From positions 2,529 to 66,528 of the forward strand of contig JBNMLY010000002.1 in NCBI GenBank assembly GCA_050875065.1: 64,000 nt of DNA, given 5' to 3'. Origin of the DNA: Otoolea sp. (lineage in GTDB: Bacteria > Bacillota > Clostridia > Lachnospirales > Lachnospiraceae). Both the position numbers and the translations under genes were made by a program. Below are positions 17,820-26,362 of the stretch, piece by piece; position 1 is the stretch's first letter; each line of letters opens with the position of its first letter. The notes under the pieces are model-generated. The model was given only the letters and a program-made list of their open reading frames with translations, was not told the origin of the DNA and searched no databases.

Positions 17820-19115
17820 ATGGCAAAAGGATCTGTTAGAAAGAAAGGAAAGAAATGGTACTACCGCTTCTATGTAGAGGACGCAAGCGGAAAAATGGTT
17901 CAGAAAGAATACGCCGGAACTGAAAGCAAGAGTGAGACAGAAAAACTTCTCCGCAAGGCTCTGGAAGATTACGAAGATAAGAAGTTTGTTGCAAAGGCAG
18001 ATAATCTTACCGTAAGTGAACTTCTGGATATGTGATCGGAAGAAGAACTGAAAACTGGGACACTCAGCAACGGCACAGTGGAAAATTACCTTGGTGCAAT
18101 CCGCTGTATCAAAAAGCACCCGATTGCAGACCGCAAACTGAAAACAATTACCGCTGAACACTTACAGGCATTTCTCGACCTGCTTACATTCGGTGGAGAG
18201 TTTCCAGACGGGAAAGTTAGAAAAGGATACAGCAAAGATTATATCCATTCATTTTCCGCAGTGTTACAGCAGTCATTCCGTTTTGCAGTATTTCCAAAAC
18301 AGTTCATCAGTTTCAATCCGATGCAGTATATTAAGCTGAAAAGGCAGGCAGAGGAAGTTGACCTCTTTTCAAACGATGAAGTCGAAGAAGGCACACAGCC
18401 GATTTCACATGAGGATTATGAACGGCTTATCAAATATCTGGAAAAGAAAAATCCGCCTGCGATCCTGCCAATCCAGATCGCATACTATGCAGGACTTCGT
18501 ATCGGGGAAACCTGTGGTCTTACATGGCAGGACATCAACCTTGAAGATCAATGCCTGACCATTAAAAGAAGTATCCGTTATGACGGTACAAAGCATAAAA
18601 ATGTGATTGGAACGACCAAGCGAAAGAAAGTAAGGATTGTTGATTTTGGAGATACGCTGACTGAAATATTAAAAGCAGCCAGGCGGGAACAACTGAAAAG
18701 CCGGATGCAGTACGGGGAACTTTACCACCGCAACTACTACAAAGAAGTGCATGTAAAAAACAGGGTGTATTATGAATACTATCACCTTGACGGAACACAG
18801 GAAGTCCCGGCAGATTATAAGGAAATCTCTTTTGTCTGCCTCAGACCAGATGGCTGTCTGGAACTGCCGAGTACACTCGGCATTGCTTGCAGGTCAGTGT
18901 CAAAGAAACTGGAAGGATTTGAAGATTTTCACTTCCACCAGTTACGGCATACCTACACCAGCAACCTGCTCTCCAACGGGGCGGCTCCAAAAGATGTACA
19001 GGAACTGTTAGGACATTCCGATGTCAGTACCACAATGAATATCTACGCTCACTCAACAAGAAAGGCAAAGCGGGATTCCGCAAGACTTCTTGATAAAGTA
19101 GCGAGCAATGCTTAA
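17820..19115 (+). pseudogene. Tyrosine recombinase/integrase interrupted by one in-frame TGA
   Basis: ORFs 17790-18035 and 18078-19115 are in one frame; LLDM*SEEE (TGA 18033-18035); GLRIGE, HQLRH, LGHS, IYAH catalytic motifs intact. Confidence 0.88.
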
Positions 19116-19242
19116 ATAAAAATTTCCCCTATTTCCCTTGCGGATTCCTCACAAGGGCAAAAATAAGGGAAAATGCATATCATTTCACTATCTAAGGGGC
19201 TGAAAAGCCTGTAAAATAAGGAAAGTTCAGGAAATCTCTCCA

Positions 19243-19254
19243 CAAATCCCGATT
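19243..19254. other. att core, right junction
   Basis: Within the palindrome ACAAAT-CCCG-ATTTGT (19242-19257). Confidence 0.8.
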
Positions 19255-19268
19255 TGTCTAATTCATAA

Positions 19269-19811
19269 TTAAAGCGCCGTCCCTTTCTTAGGCACAAAAA
19301 AACGGCTCATATCCGTCTGTTCCAGCGTAAGCAGCGCCACCTTCTTATCAATTCCACCCGCATACCCTGTCAGGCTGCCATTTGTTCCTACCACGCGATG
19401 GCAGGGAATAATGATGGAAATTTCATTATGACCCACTGCACCGCCTACTGCCTGCGCGGACATATGGGGTGCATTCTGCAGCTTCGCCAGCTTTTTTGCA
19501 ATCTCCCCATAGGTGGTTGTCTGTCCATACGGAATCTGCAATAAAATCTGCCAGACTGCCTGCCGGAATGCGGAAGCGGTCGGATGCATCGGCGGGGTAA
19601 AATCTGGTTCTTTGCCGGAAAAATAGATATCCAGCCATCTCTTTGCGTCGGTTAATATCGGTGTTTTCTGCGAAATACTTCCGTCTGGAAGCGTATTAGC
19701 AAAATACTTCTGCCCTTCAAACCACAGGCCTGTGAGTCCGATCTCGTCTGCTGCCAAAAGGATATTACCTAATTTTGATTGATATGTACACGTATATACC
19801 TTATCTTCCAT
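19269..19811 (-). CDS. ogt: Methylated-DNA--protein-cysteine methyltransferase
   Basis: IPYG.T.TYGEIA, AVG.AVG.N, IPCHRV active site. Confidence 0.95.
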   Translation of the reverse strand: MEDKVYTCTYQSKLGNILLAADEIGLTGLWFEGQKYFANTLPDGSISQKTPILTDAKRWLDIYFSGKEPDFTPPMHPTASAFRQAVWQILLQIPYGQTTTYGEIAKKLAKLQNAPHMSAQAVGGAVGHNEISIIIPCHRVVGTNGSLTGYAGGIDKKVALLTLEQTDMSRFFVPKKGTAL

Positions 19812-19819
19812 TTTCTAAC

Positions 19820-19880
19820 CTTCCAGGGCTATTAAATATCTCATTTTCGTTTTTACTGTTTTAGACAAACCAAAACTTTA
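19820..19880 (-). repeat. Junction module, copy 2 (hairpin truncated)
   Basis: CCAGGGCTA...CTGTTTTAGACAAACCAAAA aligns with 21619-21671. Confidence 0.65.
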
Positions 19881-20288
19881 CATCCACCCGCTTTCTGCTT
19901 CCTCCAGTTTCTTTACAAGTGTATCTTTCAGAACCGTAAAAGCTGGAATAAAACTATCGCGTATCAGCAGAATCAATTCATCTACCTCATCCTCGTTATA
20001 TATATGAACAGAAGTATTTCGTTTTTTTAACATGAGTAACCATGTTTCAGAGTCATTGATAAATCCAATCTTATAGCCAAGCTGCAGAATTTCACGCGGA
20101 GAACCCGTAGCGGCCTCTTCCACACTATGTTCCCTCATAACCTCCTGCAATGCTTTCCATGCAAGCTCAAATGTAAGATTAAACTGACCCACAATTCCAG
20201 TCCGGTATATATCATTTGTTTCTGCCATTTTAAAATCCGCATCCGCTAAGACGGCCAGGCAATTCGCAAAATTATCAAGCTTTTTCAT
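19878..20288 (-). CDS. HEPN-domain protein (HI0074 family), putative toxin
   Basis: QF..TFELAWK, SPR, RNTSVH (R-X4-H) motif; overlaps the MNT gene. Confidence 0.88.
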   Translation of the reverse strand: MKKLDNFANCLAVLADADFKMAETNDIYRTGIVGQFNLTFELAWKALQEVMREHSVEEAATGSPREILQLGYKIGFINDSETWLLMLKKRNTSVHIYNEDEVDELILLIRDSFIPAFTVLKDTLVKKLEEAESGWM

Positions 20289-20565
20289 AAATCACAACAC
20301 CATCCCTTTCTATCTCTCCTTTTAGTTCTGTTGAAATCGGTGCATCTGCCTGTACAATATCAAACATCAGGAGAGAATGCGTTTTTTCCTTAACATCCCA
20401 GTAAAAACCGTCAAAATCTCCACCGTATACAGCAATATCGATGTCACTTCTCTCTGTATTCGTGCCCCGGGCGCGGGAACCAAACAATATGATTTTAGTA
20501 ATAGAATGCGTTTGTGCGAAAGAGGAAAGTTCTCTCAATATCCGATCCGGCAAATTGTATTTCAT
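20275..20565 (-). CDS. Minimal nucleotidyltransferase (MNT), putative antitoxin
   Basis: LFGSRARG...SDIDIAV. Confidence 0.9.
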   Translation of the reverse strand: MKYNLPDRILRELSSFAQTHSITKIILFGSRARGTNTERSDIDIAVYGGDFDGFYWDVKEKTHSLLMFDIVQADAPISTELKGEIERDGVVIYEKA

Positions 20566-20705
20566 ATTCAGTCCTCCTCTTCCTTCTTTTTATCTGTGCT
20601 TATTATATTTAATATTACCCCAAAGTACAAGATCCGTCATAAACTGTGGCTTCATTTCGCACATATAATTATATCGCAGCTTATTATCTCCGTTCTATCA
20701 TCAAA

Positions 20706-21386
20706 TCACCGAAACGGACAACGCGTGCCAATACACTGATTATTTTGCTCATAATGCGTACACCGGACTCCTGTGCATTCCATCTCGATTCCAAAATGTG
20801 CTTTTACAAAATCAACCGCCGCAAGAATCGCCAGATAAGAATCCCTTTTGCAGCACCTCGGACCGCCGGTGCGCGAAATCGCTTCCAGTGCTTTGGATGT
20901 CATTTGATTTGAAAGTCCCCAGGATTCCTCGGTCAGCGGTGTCGCTCCAGACAAGATGGAGACAAACATACCTGCGCTGATCCCCGCACCGCAGGCACCC
21001 CAGAATCCGCAAGTTCCTCCGGGAACAGCTTTCCCCCGGTTCAGCATTTCCATCAACGCTTCCCGCAGATTGATAGCACCGCCCGCATTTTTATACGCAG
21101 TAAGAAGCGCCGCTCCCACCATGACATGATGCTCCGGCCCATGCATATGGCAAAACGGTGCATCCATCATTTTCCGGATAATCTCAATTGGATTTCTGGA
21201 TGTTTCATGCAGACACAGGGAAAGAATGGTATCCAGTCCCTTCGTATGACAGTCGTTACAAACATAATGCCCGTTCTGACATCTGGTTTTGCTCCATTCT
21301 TTTTTATGGCACAATTCGCACTCCATCCATTCATCCTGTTCCAGGTAAATAAGGGGCGCTTTACAAACAATACATTCTTCCTGCAT
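20706..21386 (-). CDS. Cys-rich protein (DUF5714-like)
   Basis: Multiple CxxC, HGPEHH, CGFWGACG, GGPRCCKR. Confidence 0.75.
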   Translation of the reverse strand: MQEECIVCKAPLIYLEQDEWMECELCHKKEWSKTRCQNGHYVCNDCHTKGLDTILSLCLHETSRNPIEIIRKMMDAPFCHMHGPEHHVMVGAALLTAYKNAGGAINLREALMEMLNRGKAVPGGTCGFWGACGAGISAGMFVSILSGATPLTEESWGLSNQMTSKALEAISRTGGPRCCKRDSYLAILAAVDFVKAHFGIEMECTGVRCTHYEQNNQCIGTRCPFR

Positions 21387-21443
21387 GGGATTTCCATCTC
21401 CTTATCTTCAGCTTCCTACAGTTCTTCATCACTTACCTTGCCA

Positions 21444-21584
21444 TTCGAAAAAAATCACTAAGTGTTTCTATTATATCATAAGTACTAAATTCAGCTCTCG
21501 CCTTTGGCTCGGCTTCATTAAGTGCTTAGATATGACTCGCACTAAGTTTCGAAAACACCTCACCAAGTGCTCATATTATATCAT
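21444..21584 (-). repeat. Modular hairpin repeat, copy 2
   Basis: Near-identical to 5398-5510. Confidence 0.9.
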
Positions 21585-21596
21585 ATTTTTTCTCAT

Positions 21597-21676
21597 AAAA
21601 ATAACCCCATGAATCCTCCCAGGGCTACTGAACATCTCGTTTTCATTTCTACCGTTTTAAACAAACCAAAATCTAT
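21597..21676 (-). repeat. Junction module/terminator, copy 3
   Basis: AAAATAACCCCATGAATCCTCCCAGGGCTA...ACAAACCAAAATCTAT. Confidence 0.65.
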
Positions 21677-21708
21677 CACATTCTTCCAATTTTCTGTTTC
21701 TTGCTCAA

Positions 21709-22191
21709 TTACAATTTTTTTAAGTAAAAATGATCCATCGTCCCATGCACAACTGCCTCCGGCTTCTCAATCCGCCGGAACTCCAATTTCTCATACAACT
21801 TGATTGCGACCTGAAGATTCGTGTGCGTTTCCAGATAAACCTGTTTATAGCCTGCTTTTCTTGCCCAGTCCTCAATCATTTTCATGAGTCCCCGGCTATA
21901 CCCTTTTCCCTTCGTAGAATCGTCCAGATACAGTTTTTGGATCTCCGCACAGTCAGGAAGCCCTTTAAATTCTGCCGCACCGATGCCTCCTACGATTCTG
22001 TCATTCTCATCCAATGCAATCAGATAGACCCGTTTTTCCGGATCGGCATTGTAATAGGTGCTTATGTGATCCAGTTCTGGATCAAAATAGACCGTTCCAG
22101 GAATATCCAGATGGAATTTTTCCAGATTTTCCCGAATGATTTTGACGATCGCTTTATCATCGGCTTCTTTTATTCTTCTGTATTTCAGCAT
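21709..22191 (-). CDS. GNAT family N-acetyltransferase
   Basis: AEIQKLYL...KGKGYS, YLETH..L..AI.LYEK.F. Confidence 0.92.
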   Translation of the reverse strand: MLKYRRIKEADDKAIVKIIRENLEKFHLDIPGTVYFDPELDHISTYYNADPEKRVYLIALDENDRIVGGIGAAEFKGLPDCAEIQKLYLDDSTKGKGYSRGLMKMIEDWARKAGYKQVYLETHTNLQVAIKLYEKLEFRRIEKPEAVVHGTMDHFYLKKL

Positions 22192-22285
22192 TTTAAAATC
22201 TCCCTTAATGTTCGTCTAATTTCTTTTTCGCCCGGTAAGAACAACTCTATCCCGTGAAATCTGTTTGTCTGGAAATTCTGCTTTA

Positions 22286-23308
22286 TCACAATTTAATCTC
22301 AAACGAGATAACCATCGTTTCCGTTTTACTCTCACATATTCCACTAACCTGAAAATTAATTGTCAGATTCTGTCCGGAATAAATGTCACCTATATCAACC
22401 GCTTCAAAACTTTCCCCATCAATCATCTTTCCAGCCGCACTTGAAAGAGCATTAAAATCGCCAATCACCACACCTGTTTCTTCCATCGCTTTCAGGGAAT
22501 ACTCTGTAGCATGATCCTTTGAATGCGTCGCTTGTTTTATCATCCTTGCCTTTTGTCCTTCCAAAATAAAGCTATTACCAGCTTGGGAAGAAAATTCAAA
22601 TGTCGCATCGGTATCATTTTGATTTCGCAATGAGTATGCGATTTCAATCCTATATCCTTCTGGTTTATTTTCCCTATGAAGCGTTATATTTTGCACGGTC
22701 AGTTGTATTCCATTGACTTCGAAATCAGCATGGTCAAAATAATACGTTTCATTCTCTATCACACCCGAAACTGCTTCCGAATTTATTTTCTCATCTGCAT
22801 CATCCACTCCATTTTTAAGTGTTTCTTGAGAAGTTGCTATATTTTCTTTGCTATTATTCGAATCAAAAATTTCTTTCGATGCTTCTGTAACATCCTCTGT
22901 CGTTTTGGTAATATGCTGCATTCCAGACTCCGTTTCTTTGATACTATCGGAAGTAATCTGATTCTCCTTTGCTTCTTCCATCGCTTTCCTGAAATCCGGA
23001 CTGGTCAAATTATTAAATATCCCAAATACAATCAGTGAAACAATAAGCAAGCCAATCCAAAATACAATATGTGCACTAATACGATTGCTTTTTATCAAAG
23101 GAATATTCTTCCTGATATGAAATATGTCAAGCTCCAGCACAACACCAAACAGCCATATTGCAAATAAGGATGCGCCACCCATTTTATATAAAAATATATC
23201 GTTTGCCGAACCATCTATTTCTGGTTTCATCGACACCGTTGTCACCAAAAATACCACAAGCACAGCAAATGCAATCCATAAAAGTCTTCTTCCTCGCTTT
23301 TTCATCAC
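22286..23308 (-). CDS. Hypothetical membrane protein with C-terminal extracellular domain
   Basis: Three N-terminal hydrophobic segments, 340-aa AT-rich ORF, GGAG RBS. Confidence 0.7.
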   Translation of the reverse strand: MMKKRGRRLLWIAFAVLVVFLVTTVSMKPEIDGSANDIFLYKMGGASLFAIWLFGVVLELDIFHIRKNIPLIKSNRISAHIVFWIGLLIVSLIVFGIFNNLTSPDFRKAMEEAKENQITSDSIKETESGMQHITKTTEDVTEASKEIFDSNNSKENIATSQETLKNGVDDADEKINSEAVSGVIENETYYFDHADFEVNGIQLTVQNITLHRENKPEGYRIEIAYSLRNQNDTDATFEFSSQAGNSFILEGQKARMIKQATHSKDHATEYSLKAMEETGVVIGDFNALSSAAGKMIDGESFEAVDIGDIYSGQNLTINFQVSGICESKTETMVISFEIKL

Positions 23309-23487
23309 AATGCCTTCTCCTACTCACAATAAATCTGTTCCTTGATTCTATTCCAGCCCCTATGATTCACTTCCATAAATCCGTTTTCCAAATTCATAAG
23401 CTTCCTTCAAATGATTCGTTTTATCAATCTGCAGCTTTCCATTCGTATCGCCGCAGCCCCCCGCCAAAAGCAGGCTAACTCTCTTGC

Positions 23488-23605
23488 GCTCATTATATCA
23501 TAAGTACTAAATTCAGCGTTCGCCTTTGGCTCGGCTTCATTAAGTACTTAGATATGACTCGCACTAAGTTCGAAAAGACCTCACTAAGTGCTCATATTAT
23601 ATCAT
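23488..23605 (-). repeat. Modular hairpin repeat, copy 3
   Basis: Near-identical to 5398-5510. Confidence 0.9.
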
Positions 23606-23639
23606 ATTTCCCCCTATTTCCAGTGCCTTTTCCATCATA

Positions 23640-23672
23640 AAAATAGCCCCAGGAAATCCTCCCAGGGCTACC
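23640..23672 (-). terminator. Terminator hairpin of the junction module, copy 4
   Basis: TAGCCCTGGGAGGATTTCCTGGGGCTATTTTT on the minus strand, right after the stop at 23675. Confidence 0.75.
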
Positions 23673-23674
23673 AA

Positions 23675-24442
23675 TTACCTCTTTTTATAAACCACCAATT
23701 CCGGATTTTCCCCGCCCGCTTCATACGTCGCAACCAGGATAAAATCCATACCGGCAATCACTCCGAAGCAGCGTTCGCCGCCAAATTCGGACTCTAACTG
23801 ATTCCCCAGATAGGTCTTCTCGTCGTCCAGAAACTTAACCATCGTTCCATTCGGGAGTCTGTACTCCAGATTCACATATTTTCCGACCAGTGCGTTGAGT
23901 TTCTCCACCTTTGGCAGACCTTCTATATGGAGATCATTGATCTCCTGCATCAATTTCCTCTTAAACGCATCGAACTGCCCTTGATCGCTGAGTTCTTCAT
24001 ACCGTTTCCAATAATCCAGTTTCGGAAGCAGCTCTCTCATATAGGCACGCACCTGCTCTTCGGAACAATTTTCATTTACCATATGTTTCGCACAGACATC
24101 GATCAGCTCATCCATATCGCTGTATGTGTAGGTTCCATCCGCATAGCACCATTTACAGTAATCTTCATTCAATGTACCGTCGCTGTTGTGGCTCAGGATC
24201 GCCTCGTCTTCGAGCGGCATTCCGCAGCATTGGCAGATAAGTTTTCTCGGTTCTCCCAAAAGTGTGTTGATCGAGACATCAAATTCCTTCGACAGCAGTT
24301 TCAAGGTTTCCGTGTTGGGAACGGTTTCTCCATTTTCCCAGCGGGACACCGCCTGCCGGGTTACCATGATTTTTTCCGCCAGTTCATCCTGCGACATTCT
24401 TTTCTGGGTCCGAAGCTGTAAAATGATATTCTTTGTTTCCAT
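23675..24442 (-). CDS. XRE HTH plus zinc-ribbon domain protein
   Basis: SQDELAE...VTRQAVSRWENG; CQCCGMP...YCKWCY. Confidence 0.88.
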   Translation of the reverse strand: METKNIILQLRTQKRMSQDELAEKIMVTRQAVSRWENGETVPNTETLKLLSKEFDVSINTLLGEPRKLICQCCGMPLEDEAILSHNSDGTLNEDYCKWCYADGTYTYSDMDELIDVCAKHMVNENCSEEQVRAYMRELLPKLDYWKRYEELSDQGQFDAFKRKLMQEINDLHIEGLPKVEKLNALVGKYVNLEYRLPNGTMVKFLDDEKTYLGNQLESEFGGERCFGVIAGMDFILVATYEAGGENPELVVYKKR

Positions 24443-24569
24443 CGCGCTGCCTCCTTTTCATGTACTCTCAGAATCGTTCAGCCACAAAACCAGATGCTGG
24501 AACGCTTCTGAATGTACATCTATCATACAGGAGATTTCGTTCGAAGGAAAGCAACGGGTAGTTGCCTGA

Positions 24570-25160
24570 CTATTTTTTATAAAAATGAAAATCACAGCAG
24601 TCGTTGCCATAACCCAATGTTTTGGTACGCGAAAATCCCAGCTTTTTCAAACCTCCATATGTCACATCGTCCACATCACAGAACAACGGGCACAGCTCTT
24701 CGCAGCCATTTTCGACGCAGGCGGTATGCCAGAGGCACTTCCGCATCGTCACGTTAAAATAATCCCGGCCATGTTCCTGCATACTTTCCCACAGGTCGGT
24801 TGTACGCACAACCTTCAGGAAAATATGACTGTAAAGGAAATAAAATCCCGGTATTAACTCCATTTTCGCAGTCGATGCGTGCTTCTCCGCCGCAACCCAG
24901 TCAAGCATATAAGTCCGCATACATTTATATGTATCCTCTTTCGAAAGACCGCCCTTTAACAGGCTCTTGTACAGGGCGATACGCGGAAAAATCGTCTGAA
25001 TCAGCGTTATTGTCTGATTGGGGGACTTATTCTGTATACTTCCAATCAGAACATGGAATAGTTCTTCCTGCTGGCGAAATAATTCGTTTCCCCGGTCATT
25101 TTGAAATTCTTCGGTTAAAAATTTGTGTATCTGTTTTTGCTGCTTGATCTTCATCGGCAT
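24570..25160 (-). CDS. L-2-amino-thiazoline-4-carboxylic acid hydrolase family protein
   Basis: KC.W...C...G..ELC..FC..D, F.RT.TL..G..CCDF. Confidence 0.8.
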   Translation of the reverse strand: MPMKIKQQKQIHKFLTEEFQNDRGNELFRQQEELFHVLIGSIQNKSPNQTITLIQTIFPRIALYKSLLKGGLSKEDTYKCMRTYMLDWVAAEKHASTAKMELIPGFYFLYSHIFLKVVRTTDLWESMQEHGRDYFNVTMRKCLWHTACVENGCEELCPLFCDVDDVTYGGLKKLGFSRTKTLGYGNDCCDFHFYKK

Positions 25161-25183
25161 AACACCTCTTTTTCAGCCACTTT

Positions 25184-26020
25184 TTATTTTTTCACCTTTA
25201 TATCCATACTTCCAGATCGGAAACCTTCCAGATCCAGAGTAATATATAAAAATCCCATTTCTTTTAATGTCTTGCAGATCGTCTCCCGCTCGGCAATCGC
25301 CTGTTCAAATTTATCTGCATCCACCTCGATCCGGACAATATCGCCGTGCAGGCGCAGACGCACATTTCCGCCAAATACACTTCGAAGGTAATCTTCGCCT
25401 TTCTCAATCCGTTTCAGCACATCCATATCAAAGGAAGTTCCGTATGGCAGACGGGTCGCCATACACGGCATAGACGGACGGGATGCAACGGAGATTCCCA
25501 GGTCGGCTGCAAATGCCTTGACGTCCTTTTTCTCCAATCCACACTGTGCAAGTGGACTGATGACGCCAAGTTCCCGGAGCGCCTGAATGCCCGGACGGTA
25601 CACGTGCAGGTCACTCTCATTGGTTCCGTCCATCACGCACGGAATTCCTTCTTCTTTTGCGAAATCCAGAAGCGTCGCAAAGAGATGGTGTTTACAGATA
25701 TAGCAGCGGTTAACCGGATTCGTCCGGATGGCTTCGAGTTCCATCTCATTGACCTGGATAATCTTATGAATCGCGCCCAGCTCTTTTGCCACCCGCTCCG
25801 CGATCTCTAAGTCACAGGCCGGGTGCAGCATGGTATGAAACGTCACGGCATAGACCGGCATTCCCGTCTCCTTCGCTGCGTCGCACGCAAGCTTTAAAAT
25901 CAGGCTGCTGTCCACACCGCCCGAAAAGGCGATGCAGACTGGTGCTTTCGCTTTTTCGGCCATGAATTGTCTTAAAGTTTCTCTTTTTTCTGTCTCTGAT
26001 GTGATTTGTTTATTTTCCAT
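25184..26020 (-). CDS. larE: ATP-dependent sulfur transferase LarE
   Basis: SGGVDS PP-loop, RCYICK, DGTN, RPG, PCMATR, LDLEGFRSGS. Confidence 0.93.
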   Translation of the reverse strand: MENKQITSETEKRETLRQFMAEKAKAPVCIAFSGGVDSSLILKLACDAAKETGMPVYAVTFHTMLHPACDLEIAERVAKELGAIHKIIQVNEMELEAIRTNPVNRCYICKHHLFATLLDFAKEEGIPCVMDGTNESDLHVYRPGIQALRELGVISPLAQCGLEKKDVKAFAADLGISVASRPSMPCMATRLPYGTSFDMDVLKRIEKGEDYLRSVFGGNVRLRLHGDIVRIEVDADKFEQAIAERETICKTLKEMGFLYITLDLEGFRSGSMDIKVKK

Positions 26021-26226
26021 GGTTTTTGATTCTCCTCTTAATTATTTATCTAACTCTTTGTTTTTCCCCCATGTGAAACTTCTTTTCCTATTTTTGCTTT
26101 TCCTTGTTTTTGCTCTGCCCCATTTTTATTTCATATTGATTTCGTAGGATTTATGGAAACAGTTTTTCCACCCACCCATTCTTTTTTCCTCTGGTTTTCC
26201 ACCATTTTCATTCCATCTGTTCCTAT

Positions 26227-26362
26227 TTACTTTACACCTGATGTGATCGGCAGCGGAATTTACCGTTGTTTTGGGTTTTGGATTCAAATACGACAAATTT
26301 CCGCAGCCACCACACTTTTGTACCGCACTTTCGATTTCAAAAGTGCCTACCGTAAACTAGCA
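26227..26362 (-). repeat. Structured ~130-bp dispersed repeat (MITE-like), copy 1, overlapping the larC 3' end
   Basis: Reverse complement aligns with 58962-59092. Confidence 0.75.

Larger units (their letters stand above)
10607..19254. mobile_element. Integrative mobilizable element (tyrosine integrase, MobA/MobL relaxase), probably defective
   Basis: 12-bp direct repeat CAAATCCCGATT at 10607-10618 and 19243-19254; arm-like TTTCCCTT/AAGGG(C/A)AA repeats at both ends; int, xis, XRE, relaxase, oriT; AT-rich cargo. Confidence 0.9.

Noticed and set aside
18033-18035. Selenocysteine or programmed readthrough at the integrase TGA
   Set aside because: No SECIS-like hairpin is evident downstream, and the context suggests a Trp codon mutation.
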